A stretch of 64,000 nucleotides of DNA from Candidatus Poseidoniaceae archaeon (GTDB taxonomy: Archaea > Thermoplasmatota > Poseidoniia > Poseidoniales > Poseidoniaceae), in the NCBI GenBank assembly GCA_049438185.1, contig JBMTJI010000002.1, positions 71,156 to 135,155 of the forward strand, given 5' to 3'. The notes beneath the pieces were generated by a model, which saw nothing but the letters and a program-made list of their open reading frames with translations, was not told the origin of the DNA and searched no databases. Made by a program: the position numbers and the translations under genes. This document shows, piece after piece, positions 19,200 to 29,597 of the stretch. Numbering within the stretch: position 1 is the first letter of the stretch; every line of letters starts with the position of its first letter.

Positions 19200-20222
19200 T
19201 CACTGATTTTGATAATCAAGTAACGATTGGATTTTGACGAGGAAAATATCATTCTCTCCTCGAAGTGTAATTTGGCTTGAACGGCCATGCGCACGTTCCC
19301 ACATCCCCACAACTACTCCTAATGTCAACGGAAAATGGCTCATCATCGGCATCGAGAATTCAAATTCGAATGTTGAAGGATTGTACTTCCTCGTTTCAAT
19401 CGAACCCCAACCCCGTTCTCGGAGACAGTGCTCGATGTAAGCATCCCAACTCGACTGTTCGATAATGTAAACCGGTTGTTCGCTAGAAAGGAACATTTCT
19501 GCAGTAGTGCGAACGATAATCATCAAAAGATTCTCATGTGCATCCAAACCTGATGATTCATTGCTAAACCAGTCGATATGTATGTCCGGAGCATATGGCA
19601 AGCATCCGTAGAAAAAACGTTCCATGAAAGCAAGTGGAATCAATACCACGCGCTCACCTTCAAGTCGAAGTTCGTTCTTATCTTGAATGGTCAATTCGAT
19701 TGACGATTGATTGGACGATGATGCGATCTTCTCACCTGTCCATGGCATCTTTGCATGCGGTTGCGGCGATGATATCTGAGGACTTAATTCTGTATCGATT
19801 TGAACGACTTGTGGACGAGGTTCCGTCCATCGTATTCTGTACCGTTGTTGATGATACAATTCGAGAGAATAGTGACCGAGTGCGACGGATAGCAGTGGAT
19901 GAGCACTGTGAAGAATCGTCTTTTGTTCGATTTCGACGTGTCCCCAGCCAAGATAGGAAGAGATTCGTTCAAATTCTTTTCGAAGCTTTTTCTTGCGAAA
20001 GAGACCGCGAACATCTTTGATGGTGCTCTTCAATTCGAATCCATCAACAAATGCATTGATGAGTGTGCGGCTCAGCGGATGTTCCATTCTGGATTCAAAC
20101 AAATTCCACCACGTGTGAAATTCATGTTGTTTCCAAATAATAATTTCTCCAAACGTATCTAGACGAATGATGCCTTTTTCCTGAACTGATTCCAAAAGGA
20201 AATCCGGTATGATGGACTTCAC
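19200..20222 (-). CDS. Hypothetical protein with possible tandem V4R-like domains
   Basis: Two GWG motifs (LGWGHVEI, RGWGSIET), LEGERVVLIP and GVVVGMWE. Confidence 0.7.
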   Translation of the reverse strand: MKSIIPDFLLESVQEKGIIRLDTFGEIIIWKQHEFHTWWNLFESRMEHPLSRTLINAFVDGFELKSTIKDVRGLFRKKKLRKEFERISSYLGWGHVEIEQKTILHSAHPLLSVALGHYSLELYHQQRYRIRWTEPRPQVVQIDTELSPQISSPQPHAKMPWTGEKIASSSNQSSIELTIQDKNELRLEGERVVLIPLAFMERFFYGCLPYAPDIHIDWFSNESSGLDAHENLLMIIVRTTAEMFLSSEQPVYIIEQSSWDAYIEHCLRERGWGSIETRKYNPSTFEFEFSMPMMSHFPLTLGVVVGMWERAHGRSSQITLRGENDIFLVKIQSLLDYQNQ

Positions 20223-21511
20223 ATCCCTTCGTACGCAGGTATCGTTTCGGAGTCAAAGCAGTATTGTACGTGTTGGAAATCAGATTTCAATTGATGAACA
20301 TCTTCCCGAACACGTCGTGGATCTTCGTCATGCAGAAGGACACGTGCATAGAGGGATGCGACCTCGGCCATTTCATTGATGCCCATCCCAACTCGAGTTA
20401 ATTCTTGTACGCCCAGGCGTAGACCTGATGGATTCATGGCCTTGGTATCTCCAGGAAGCATGTTCATGTTGGTGATAATTCCAGCATGTTCGAGTTTTTG
20501 TGCAGCGACAGCTCCTGCTCCTGAATCAATACCTCCATGACGAGTCAAAACCTGATGCGAGGCCGTGTATCCTCGTGATTCAGCGAGCACATCAAAACCT
20601 TCCGCTGCAAGTGATTCAGCAAAGATCTTTGCATTCTTGACAATATCCGTAACATAGGCCTTGCCGAACGCCTCGAATTCTGCAAGTGCAACAACTTTTC
20701 CAGCGACGTGGTGGAGGTGATAGGAAGAGCAGACACCGGGGAACATAGCGTTGTTAAGACGTCGATGGAATGTTTCATCGTTGCTTGAAGATAACAAAAA
20801 ACCACCTTGTGGGCCAGGGAATGTTTTGTGTGATGAACCGGTCATCACATCCGCACCTTCTCGGAGCGGATCTTGGAAAACACCACCTGCGATGAGCCCG
20901 AGTACATGCGCCCCATCGTACATCACTGTTGAATCAACTTCGTGGGCGGCATCAGCCATTTCTTTGAGAGGCGTTGGAAACAAGAAAACGGATTGACCAA
21001 CGAGGGTGATTTTTGGTTTCAACTCACGGATGAGAGCGCACGATGCATCGACATCTGGTTCCATGCGATCTTCGTCCCATGGATACGTTGAGACATTCAA
21101 ATCTCGGAGCCCAACAGCGCCCATACGAGCGTGGGAGATGTGTCCTCCATCTGCTGTCGAGACGGCTGTGATGGAATCACCCGGTGTTGCAAGCGCTTTC
21201 AATGCTCCAATGTTTGAGACCGTTCCAGATGTCGATTGTATGTTTGCAAAATTAGCTTGAAAAACCTTCTTCGCAAGGTCGATACCTATACTTTCAATGG
21301 TATCAAAATCATCACAACCTTGGTAATATCGTTTTCCTGGTAAGCCTTCTGCATACCTTCCGTGAAGATCTGAATTGATGGCTCGTTTGACGTTTGGTGA
21401 AATAATATTTTCAGAGGCGATCATGCCTAGACCATGCCCGTAAAGTCGTGTGCTTTCTGCAGATGCTGCAAGTACAGCATCGACGGATTCTCGAGGAGAG
21501 AGATTTGTCAT
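20219..21511 (-). CDS. glyA: Serine hydroxymethyltransferase
   Basis: IASEN, RYAEGLPGKRYYQGC, GGHISH, YDGAH, GSSHKTFPGPQGG, SGLRLG. Confidence 0.95.
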   Translation of the reverse strand: MTNLSPRESVDAVLAASAESTRLYGHGLGMIASENIISPNVKRAINSDLHGRYAEGLPGKRYYQGCDDFDTIESIGIDLAKKVFQANFANIQSTSGTVSNIGALKALATPGDSITAVSTADGGHISHARMGAVGLRDLNVSTYPWDEDRMEPDVDASCALIRELKPKITLVGQSVFLFPTPLKEMADAAHEVDSTVMYDGAHVLGLIAGGVFQDPLREGADVMTGSSHKTFPGPQGGFLLSSSNDETFHRRLNNAMFPGVCSSYHLHHVAGKVVALAEFEAFGKAYVTDIVKNAKIFAESLAAEGFDVLAESRGYTASHQVLTRHGGIDSGAGAVAAQKLEHAGIITNMNMLPGDTKAMNPSGLRLGVQELTRVGMGINEMAEVASLYARVLLHDEDPRRVREDVHQLKSDFQHVQYCFDSETIPAYEGM

Positions 21512-21564
21512 GCTTTGACCAAGTCCAAGAGGTTCATGAATTCTGTGAATGCACCTTCTCACAT

Positions 21565-24500
21565 TCATCGCTTGCCTGGTCGGCGAGGCCCTGAGTATGT
21601 AGAACGCTCACTTGCAATAGTGTGCGTCGGGACATTCCTGTTTGAGAGATTCATGTCCGAGACACGTGTTCGACTTGGACCGATGCTGGTTGAGCGATTC
21701 AAACTTGTAGTCTTTCTTTGAACCATCGATTGACGGCCTCGATACGCAACTGGACCAACAAGACGCTCCAAGGCTGGCGTATCAGAATCTTCCTCTTTTG
21801 GTCGTTTTAACCACCATCCTGAGGAGAGGATCGAGAGTTTTCCGGGACGGTTCTTCGAAATCGACATCGCATTCCGTTTCAACCTTGAACGAATGGTTTT
21901 GTCTGAATCCTTTGGCAAGCGCTCTGTAAGCCATCCAGGCAAGCCAATATCCAAAACGACACCGTTCACTGTAACGAGTATTCCAGACAACAGAAGATGG
22001 GTCCCCACAGGAATGTTATCTCGGCTCGGTTTGACCTTTGATCGCTTCATCATTTTTGCATATTCAACCAGTGAGCGTTGATCTCTATGCTTGATTTGTT
22101 TTCGTTGCTGCCGATTAAATCGGTATAAACCAATTTGCAACACAAATAGTGTACCAGCTGCGACAGCTCCTTCAACAGGGCCATAAACAGAATCCAAACC
22201 TATTCCAGTAACGATGTAAATCATTGGAAGGAGGAAGAACTGAACAATTTTTTGAACCATGGATATCGAATATCTAGGCGTCATTCCTCTTCGAACTGCT
22301 TCGTGACTGACGATCATGACATTCGCATTGATAGCTTCATCAATGCCGCCCTTTGTAGCCAATCCAGCGACGGGATTGACCGGTGCGTCATCCAACCACC
22401 GGCGCAAAGACTTACCCTTTTCCAACACGAGAGAGACTTCGATCTCTTCAGCGTCGGCTTCATGCCCAAGGATAACTGAAAGTGCCTTGACACGAGGATC
22501 ATTGACATCGCTTTCTCGTAGTTCCTTGTAGATGGAAAGCGCCTGATGCCAGTCGCCTCGATCGAGCAGGCACAGTGCTGCTGCAATACGAGGACGTACA
22601 CCGAGTGGATCCTGTTTGACAGTATCCAGTGCTAATTCCAAAGCCTCTTCGTGCTTCCTCTGCATCCTAAGTGTTGCCACGTTGGAGATAGCCGAAATGA
22701 GAGAAATACGGTCTTCATGTTGTATTGCCTCTTTCGAGAAAGATGGAGCCCAATATCGAAGCATTCGCATCTTTTCATTCAAATGATCGATGGTTGAATT
22801 GTTCTCCCAATCCCACAAGTCGTCTTCGTCAACCGTACCATGCCAAGGGTCGAGCCATTCGCATACAAATGCAAGTAGTTCGGGCTCATCGTATCCTTCA
22901 GGCTGTTGAAGACCACGGAGTGCGCCACGGGCTGCATCCAAACGTCGGGTTGCGATGTAACCTGTAGCAATCAACATTCTCGCTTCGTCATCATCACCGC
23001 CTGATTGAGCTAGTACCTTTTTGGCTTCTTCAATGGCTTTTGGCCACAGACCACGTATTGCACAAACCCACATTTTTGCCCGAGCCTTTTCGTGACGGAC
23101 AAGTGATTGATCACCTTCGATGGATTGCTTTTGAAATCGAATCAATCCATCGAGATCCTCCTGAAGTGCGGCATTATCGATGTATTCACGCATCCAATCG
23201 CCACCTGCGAGCATGACCGCTCCTTCTCGACGCTCTTCAGGATCCAAATCAAATCGAATCTGACGCAATGGTGAGAGTTTGGCAATGGATAGAAGCCACG
23301 TAAAGAGGAAGACAGCGTTACCAACAGCGATAAACATCCAAGTAGCAAGCAACCGCATTTCTTCATTGAATCCCTGATTTTCGAGATTCGAGGTAAATGG
23401 CATCAAGTCACCGAATTCCTTGTAGCAAACTAAGACCAAGAGGAGAACGGTATAACCGGAAAATCCAGCGAAGGCGAAGGCAATCTGACGACCTTGAGCA
23501 GCTTCTTCGGTTCGAATTTCTCGAGGTGTATCGAGGGTAACACCAAACATCCCACCAAAGGTTTGTCCTCCAAGAATCAGGTTTCGTGTGAGTTCAAAAA
23601 TGAACGCAAGACCGACAATGGCGATGTTCAGCGAGAGATAAAAGGACAAAAATTGTGGCATTGATTTGATGAATTCCCAATGAAATAAAATTTCGGAAAT
23701 TAAATCAATTCGTTCGTAAATCGAATGCCCGATGATACCTCCAAAATTCAGAATTTCTTCGCCATTATCCGGTCGATTGTAAAGAACGTGAAAGACCGTG
23801 ACAATACCATTGAGTGCGGTCACTGGCATTGTGATAAGGAACAATACAAGGAGTAACGAAAAGAGACGATTGATGAAGGAAGGCTTGTCTGGATCGATTG
23901 GATTTCTCCTACCATTCGCAGTTCTCCACTTGTTGACCAACAGCATGTTCCAAGAAGCACCCATAATTCGTCCATATGCGAGAATGGTTGGTGCCATAAA
24001 CACCAACATGGTTACAGCAAGCCAAACAGGTGTGATTTTACCACCGTTTTGATTCATTGCATAAACAAGCGTGACAACTGTTGCACCAACAAGGATGGAG
24101 AGGGTGAGAATTCGACGAATTCCTGTACCAATTGTCGTTGCTCCAATGCGTGTATCACCTTTCCCAGCGAGTTGAGCATTCATGGTCTCCCAAGGCGAAA
24201 TCATAATCGGAATCAATACGAAGAGACCAATAATCCACAAATTGGGTTCGAAGTACGTTTCGGGTTGGAAAAGAAGCTCTGAGATGAGAAGAAGAACACC
24301 AAGCATTCCCATCATGTAAAGTCCGACACCAAAGGCGACACGACCTTGCCGCAAAATCTCACGAGCATCCTCTACTGTACGAGTTAATCGGTGAACTTCG
24401 TACAAGTTATCGTCAATCTCAAAGGCAACTTGGAGTGCAGACAATTGTCGCGGAACGAAAAATTTCCACAGCATTGTTGCTACAAATAACGCAAGCAAAA

Positions 24501-24612
24501 GTGGGTAGAGGTAGATCACGTCCAACTCAGTTGGTTGGGCAATCGAGGCTGCGGAGACGTTGGGAAGGAGGATGATTGCGGCAAGGACGCCGCACATGAA
24601 CAACTTCCGCAT
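21565..24612 (-). CDS. Polytopic membrane protein with TPR-like cytoplasmic region
   Basis: About 9-11 hydrophobic helices plus TPR-like helical repeats (EALELALDTVKQDP, AAALCLLDRGDWHQALSIY). Confidence 0.8.
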   Translation of the reverse strand: MRKLFMCGVLAAIILLPNVSAASIAQPTELDVIYLYPLLLALFVATMLWKFFVPRQLSALQVAFEIDDNLYEVHRLTRTVEDAREILRQGRVAFGVGLYMMGMLGVLLLISELLFQPETYFEPNLWIIGLFVLIPIMISPWETMNAQLAGKGDTRIGATTIGTGIRRILTLSILVGATVVTLVYAMNQNGGKITPVWLAVTMLVFMAPTILAYGRIMGASWNMLLVNKWRTANGRRNPIDPDKPSFINRLFSLLLVLFLITMPVTALNGIVTVFHVLYNRPDNGEEILNFGGIIGHSIYERIDLISEILFHWEFIKSMPQFLSFYLSLNIAIVGLAFIFELTRNLILGGQTFGGMFGVTLDTPREIRTEEAAQGRQIAFAFAGFSGYTVLLLVLVCYKEFGDLMPFTSNLENQGFNEEMRLLATWMFIAVGNAVFLFTWLLSIAKLSPLRQIRFDLDPEERREGAVMLAGGDWMREYIDNAALQEDLDGLIRFQKQSIEGDQSLVRHEKARAKMWVCAIRGLWPKAIEEAKKVLAQSGGDDDEARMLIATGYIATRRLDAARGALRGLQQPEGYDEPELLAFVCEWLDPWHGTVDEDDLWDWENNSTIDHLNEKMRMLRYWAPSFSKEAIQHEDRISLISAISNVATLRMQRKHEEALELALDTVKQDPLGVRPRIAAALCLLDRGDWHQALSIYKELRESDVNDPRVKALSVILGHEADAEEIEVSLVLEKGKSLRRWLDDAPVNPVAGLATKGGIDEAINANVMIVSHEAVRRGMTPRYSISMVQKIVQFFLLPMIYIVTGIGLDSVYGPVEGAVAAGTLFVLQIGLYRFNRQQRKQIKHRDQRSLVEYAKMMKRSKVKPSRDNIPVGTHLLLSGILVTVNGVVLDIGLPGWLTERLPKDSDKTIRSRLKRNAMSISKNRPGKLSILSSGWWLKRPKEEDSDTPALERLVGPVAYRGRQSMVQRKTTSLNRSTSIGPSRTRVSDMNLSNRNVPTHTIASERSTYSGPRRPGKR

Positions 24613-24659
24613 GTATCAAAGGCCGGTATTATGCATCATGAAATCTTCGCCAACATACA

Positions 24660-25871
24660 TCATGCGTTTCTATGCCTATGGAGGAAAGCATCGATGCGAT
24701 CAAATGCAGTATGAAGCGTCGCAACGTCTGGTAAGAAAACAAGCCTTACGTGTCCCTTGCCTTTCTCTTTGCTAAAGCCAGAACCATGAACCAGTAAGAC
24801 GTGTTCTTCGTGCAGAAGTTGCAAAACAAATTGTTTGTCATCGTTCTTCCAACGCTCGTCCGTAAGTCGAACAAACATGTAGAATGCTCCTTCGGGTGCT
24901 TCGACCTCGAGGCCTTCAATTTCTTCGATACGACTGAGGCATACATCTCTGCGTTCCTTGACCGTATCCGAGTATTGTTTCATCCACGAACGATCTTGTT
25001 GCAAGCCTGCCAAAAAACCGAGTTGTGCCGGGGTTGAAGCGCATAGACGAGAACGTAGAATTCGTTCAATCCCATCTCGAACTGAGCCAAGAACGGAGGT
25101 TGGATCATGGATGGCCATGTAACCAATTCTCCAACCTGGAGCGTAGTAGACTTTGGAAACGCCGTTCAAGACTACGACCGGTGTAGAATTAGTTCGGCTT
25201 GCAGCGCTGACCTGATTGTCGGAGAAATCAAGACCATCATAAATTTCGTCAGCAACAAGAATGCATTTCGGCCATCGCTGAAGAATCTCCAGCAACTTGT
25301 CAATATCGTGCTGACCAACAACAGCACCTGTTGGATTGTTTGGGTTGATCAAAACAAAGAGACGAACCTCTTCATTCATCTTTGCTTCGATATCATCGAA
25401 ATCGAGAGACCATCCATCGCCAGAGTCGAGTCTGTATTCGATCGTTTGAGCCCCGTACATTTGGGGATAAGCCATGTATGGGGGGTAATGCGGACCAGGT
25501 GCAAGGACTTGATTGCCTTCTTCCAACGTTGCTTGAAAAAGGACTTGAAGCGCCTCGGTTACACCATGACAGACGTAAACATCATCGGTCGATGCAGACC
25601 AACCCTTTGCTCGCTCATCGTTGGCAATTGCTTCTCGAAGCTCAGGTAAGCCATAGGATGGTGAGTAACCGTTTCGACCATCTGCTAACGCCTGTGAAAA
25701 CGCTTCAACCATGTGAGAGGGCGTAGGTAATCCAGGGTATGCAATGGGATCGCCAATGTTGAGTTTGATGATGGTATGACCTTGCGCTTCCAACTCGGTT
25801 GCAGGAACAACAACATCCCGAATCGCATACTCAATGTTGAGTGCTCGTTTTGTTGCAGATATATGTTGCAT
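24660..25871 (-). CDS. PLP-dependent aminotransferase class I/II (alanine aminotransferase-like)
   Basis: YAIRD, KLNIGDP, INPNNPTG, ADEIY, NGVSKVY..PGWRIG. Confidence 0.9.
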   Translation of the reverse strand: MQHISATKRALNIEYAIRDVVVPATELEAQGHTIIKLNIGDPIAYPGLPTPSHMVEAFSQALADGRNGYSPSYGLPELREAIANDERAKGWSASTDDVYVCHGVTEALQVLFQATLEEGNQVLAPGPHYPPYMAYPQMYGAQTIEYRLDSGDGWSLDFDDIEAKMNEEVRLFVLINPNNPTGAVVGQHDIDKLLEILQRWPKCILVADEIYDGLDFSDNQVSAASRTNSTPVVVLNGVSKVYYAPGWRIGYMAIHDPTSVLGSVRDGIERILRSRLCASTPAQLGFLAGLQQDRSWMKQYSDTVKERRDVCLSRIEEIEGLEVEAPEGAFYMFVRLTDERWKNDDKQFVLQLLHEEHVLLVHGSGFSKEKGKGHVRLVFLPDVATLHTAFDRIDAFLHRHRNA

Positions 25872-25880
25872 GAAATCACA

Positions 25881-26360
25881 TCAATTGAGGTCGGAAAAAT
25901 CAATGCCACCCATTGTGCATATGTGTTGAAATTCATTTTCTTGTACAGGTTGAATCGATAGCCGCTGACCTCTTCGAATTAACAACATATCGGCAAGTGC
26001 TTCCTCTTCGCGTACTGCATCCAATCCAACAATTGACTTGAGTTCACGTACTGGCTCGATATCGACCATGAACCAACGCGGATTGTCCGGTGTTGATTTT
26101 TCATCGAAGTACTTTGAAGCCGAATCCCACGAAGTAAAATCTCCGTACCCTTCCTTGCACACTCTTGCGATACCTGCAACATGCGGTGGTTTGCAGTTTG
26201 AGTGATAGTAGAGAATCAAGTCACCCACGTTCATTTCATCGCGCATCATATTTCGGGCTTGATAGTTACGTACACCGTCCCAGTGGGTCTTTCCATCTGC
26301 GACAAGTTGTGAATAAGGGTAGACATCGAGTTCCGATTTCATCAACCAATACTTGACCAT
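25881..26360 (-). CDS. EVE domain protein
   Basis: YWLMKSE, WDGVRNYQARN, YHSNC, PRWFMVD, RLSIQPV. Confidence 0.92.
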   Translation of the reverse strand: MVKYWLMKSELDVYPYSQLVADGKTHWDGVRNYQARNMMRDEMNVGDLILYYHSNCKPPHVAGIARVCKEGYGDFTSWDSASKYFDEKSTPDNPRWFMVDIEPVRELKSIVGLDAVREEEALADMLLIRRGQRLSIQPVQENEFQHICTMGGIDFSDLN

Positions 26361-26401
26361 GTTCTTTGATAGAGATACAGGTCTTATCCCTTTGCTTGGC
26401 T

Positions 26402-29400
26402 TCACCACGCCTCTTTGTTCTTCGAATCAACCACAAGAACGGCTTCAAGCACGTCGGGGTGATCGGCTTTCATTTTTCCAAGACCTAACCGCCTAGACAT
26501 GCCTGAAGGACCTCCGACAACGCCTATGCCTAATTTTTCCAACGTTATGAAAATGGCTGGTAGCAGAAGCAGTGCACTCGCCGCTGCAACCCATAACAAA
26601 ATGAGAATAACGGTCACGAACGGTTTGATTTCGGGAATCGGAATTTGATAGGCGGTGAACATTCCTAACGAGGTTACAACGGCTGCCTCAAAGAGCGACA
26701 TTCCAGTTCCAACGGCAGCTGAACGAATCGCCTCAATCCCCCCGCCCAACTCACGAATACGATTGGCAATGTGAATTGAGAAGTCAACACCAACACCAAC
26801 AAGAATCGAACCAATCATGACCGTAACCAGCGATAACGGTACGTCCATTTGCCACATGACAAGCCATTGAAGTGCAACCGTAGCAATAACAGGTGAGGTG
26901 GTGAGAAGCGAATATCGAATATCTCTAAACACTACTGCGAGAACTATCAGTGTGAGTACGATTGCGAAACCAAGCGATGTCCACTGGGAATCAACAATCA
27001 GTTTGTTGACTTCGATTGCAGTTGCTGCCACCCCTGTCAATTTTTCTGCACGTTCTTGGTGTGTTCCTTGGAATCCTTCAGAATATTCGTTGATTTGGTC
27101 AACAGCCACGGCAGTGTCTGCAACTGGAATAAATGGCATATCGATGTAAATCAATGTTCGATCGTAATCGGAGTTGATGAAAATCTCACGCATCTCCTTG
27201 GTGAGGGATGAGTAAAACACGTCCAGCAGGAAAATTTGACTCTGCGTTGATCCGGGCAACCCAAACTCTTCCGGCGTGGTCAATAAATCCCAGAACGTAG
27301 CACCCTGCGTAACTTCAGTATCGAGCAAGACTTCGAACGTGTTTCGAACGTCCTCTGGCAACAATTCGTATCCAGGTAGTTCCTGAATCTGTGCAAGAAT
27401 CGGTTGGCCTGAAAGGGTAGGAGCAAGTCCTGTGGCTTTCATCAAGAACACAACCGATACGGCTGATGCATTTTCAACTGTATTCAGATTGCGTTCCAGA
27501 CCATCGATAATCTTGAGATTTTGAGCAGGATCATCGTTGGTCGGATCGTTGTCCGTTACATCGCCTGAAACGTTTGCATGAACGAGAACCATTCCGATTT
27601 GACCTGCATTGAACTCCTCGCTGTATTGTTTCATCTTGATGACCGGTTGCTCACCTTCTGGAGCCATACCCAACAGGTCAATGTTCTCTTCAACATTGGA
27701 TTGTCCTATGGTTGCCGAGACAAGTACAAGGATGAGGAAGAATGCAATGACGCTCGTGTTCCGTTTAACCGGAACATCAACTGCAGCATCGAAGACTTTG
27801 AGCGGAGGGTGCTTTGGTTTCCGTAAATCGAGAATCAACGTCAGGTTGGGAACCATAAACATCGTCAAAATGTAAACGATGACGATTCCACCTGAGAGTG
27901 CAATTCCAACGGTCTTGATCGGCGCCATGGGCGTGAAAATCAATGAGATGAATCCAATTACAGTGGTTACAGCAGAAAGGAAGACCGCCCGGCCTGTTGA
28001 TTTCATCGATGCTTGCATCTTTTCGCTTCGACTACCTTCTTCTTCTGCGTAACGGTTGGTGATATGCAAACCGTACGATACACCGAGTGCGAGAAGAATC
28101 GGGCCGACGATAATGACCGTCATGGTTACTTCATAGTTCGTGGCACCAATGATACCAAGTGTCCAAAAGACCGCACAGAGGGTCGGAAGTCCGGCAATGA
28201 TAACAACTTTGATTCCCTGGATAGGACGAATACCTGAAATTCCTGCCTGCAGCAAATCTGAGTGGAAAACGAACAAACCAATGGCAACGAGAACAACCGC
28301 CATCGGGAAGATTTCCCAAAACAGGCGGAAGGAAAACTCTGTTACAGAATTCGTAATTGGAACCGGTCCGGTCAGTGTCATTTTCAGCCCAAGGTCATCC
28401 CATGTACAACGATCGGCGCTGGCAGGGTTACCGTTCTGGTCGAATTCACAAGGGCGCTGTTCAACAGATATGTTGTCCAAACGTTCTTGTGTTGCTTTGA
28501 TGATGTCCTTTGCCTCGATTGTATCGACAACAGCAACAGCCATAATTGCACGATCGAGTTTGAAATCTTCACCATCGAAACAACCGTTATCATCAGCGCC
28601 TTCTTCATTGGGTTGGCCGCTGCACGCATTCGTGTTTCTCGCTAACTTGTCCAGTCCAGGTGTTGGTGATCCATCGTTTTCGTACATTTCACCAATGATC
28701 AGATCGATGGTTGTCTGAGAGGGTATTTCGTACCCGCCAGCGAACTGTTCATCACCAGCAGACAGCGCTGAGTTTACGTTAGCAGCAAAATTCTCGCAGA
28801 CTTCTTGGAACGATGGGCATTGACGTCCAAGTTCAGTGATGAACGCATCTCGTACACGTGGAAGGCTAGAATTGATTTCTTTCAAGACCGTCGAAATTGA
28901 TAGAATGTAAATGACATCATCGCTTTCATTGTCCGAAACGTATGGGTTGATGTTTTTCTCGACATAGCTTATTTCTTGAAGAATGCGCTGGTCAGTAATG
29001 TTGTTCTTATCGGATTCAATATAGATAACCATAACATTGGTCGTCCAATCCTCCTCAACCATTCCAATTAATTCCTTGACCTCGCTGCCATCTGGCAGGT
29101 AAACTTCCATGTCTCCGTTGACGTTCAATGCAGGTTCGTTTGGATCATCATCAAATTGGGTATCATCGAGAAAACCCGAAGTGGTGACGAAATACAATGT
29201 AATCATCAAGAAGAGAGCAACAGTTGCGATAGGGAAGCGAGTGATGGCTCCTGTTGCACCGGTTTTTTGCCATTCTCGCTTCAACCGTTTTGGAGCATCA
29301 AGGACTGCATCAACAGCCTTGCGAGCATCGAAGTCTCGAACCCGAGCGGAAATATCGACAGATGCAACGCGAACGCGTTCTTTGCTGTATTCAGCGATGG

Positions 29401-29464
29401 CCTGAATGCGTCCAACATCACCCTCGTCCGAAGAGGATGGCATTTCTTCGACGTCATCGGACAT
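26402..29464 (-). CDS. MMPL/RND family transporter
   Basis: Two repeats of a large external loop plus TM bundle, with LGVSYGLH, GVGVDFSIH and TTVIGFISL. Start could be 29479. Confidence 0.88.
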   Translation of the reverse strand: MSDDVEEMPSSSDEGDVGRIQAIAEYSKERVRVASVDISARVRDFDARKAVDAVLDAPKRLKREWQKTGATGAITRFPIATVALFLMITLYFVTTSGFLDDTQFDDDPNEPALNVNGDMEVYLPDGSEVKELIGMVEEDWTTNVMVIYIESDKNNITDQRILQEISYVEKNINPYVSDNESDDVIYILSISTVLKEINSSLPRVRDAFITELGRQCPSFQEVCENFAANVNSALSAGDEQFAGGYEIPSQTTIDLIIGEMYENDGSPTPGLDKLARNTNACSGQPNEEGADDNGCFDGEDFKLDRAIMAVAVVDTIEAKDIIKATQERLDNISVEQRPCEFDQNGNPASADRCTWDDLGLKMTLTGPVPITNSVTEFSFRLFWEIFPMAVVLVAIGLFVFHSDLLQAGISGIRPIQGIKVVIIAGLPTLCAVFWTLGIIGATNYEVTMTVIIVGPILLALGVSYGLHITNRYAEEEGSRSEKMQASMKSTGRAVFLSAVTTVIGFISLIFTPMAPIKTVGIALSGGIVIVYILTMFMVPNLTLILDLRKPKHPPLKVFDAAVDVPVKRNTSVIAFFLILVLVSATIGQSNVEENIDLLGMAPEGEQPVIKMKQYSEEFNAGQIGMVLVHANVSGDVTDNDPTNDDPAQNLKIIDGLERNLNTVENASAVSVVFLMKATGLAPTLSGQPILAQIQELPGYELLPEDVRNTFEVLLDTEVTQGATFWDLLTTPEEFGLPGSTQSQIFLLDVFYSSLTKEMREIFINSDYDRTLIYIDMPFIPVADTAVAVDQINEYSEGFQGTHQERAEKLTGVAATAIEVNKLIVDSQWTSLGFAIVLTLIVLAVVFRDIRYSLLTTSPVIATVALQWLVMWQMDVPLSLVTVMIGSILVGVGVDFSIHIANRIRELGGGIEAIRSAAVGTGMSLFEAAVVTSLGMFTAYQIPIPEIKPFVTVILILLWVAAASALLLLPAIFITLEKLGIGVVGGPSGMSRRLGLGKMKADHPDVLEAVLVVDSKNKEAW

Positions 29465-29597
29465 ACGTGAACCCAACACGCCCTTGTGTCTTTCATTGAA
29501 AGGATTGCTGTCTCGTTGTGAGGGAACCGTTCAAAAAGACAAGAACGTAGGGCGAGGCGGACCCCCCCGTTCACAGGGGGCAGGGCCGGTGTTTAGC

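Noticed and set aside
25881-26360. EVE protein as part of a modification-dependent restriction system
   Set aside because: It is a stand-alone Thy28-like EVE domain with no neighbouring nuclease or ATPase.
29558-29588. C-rich/G-rich hairpin with loop GUUCACA upstream of valS, resembling a tRNA-Val(CAC) anticodon mimic
   Set aside because: CAC is one position out of anticodon register. TTCACA also sits at -28, the TATA-like position, so the hairpin is probably not transcribed.
29406-29597. N-terminal extensions in the ORF track for valS, alaS (to 46018), polB2 (to 36496), NUDIX, glyA and rpoE1
   Set aside because: They overlap neighbouring genes or promoters. Downstream starts have SD or TATA-like support and match family N-termini.
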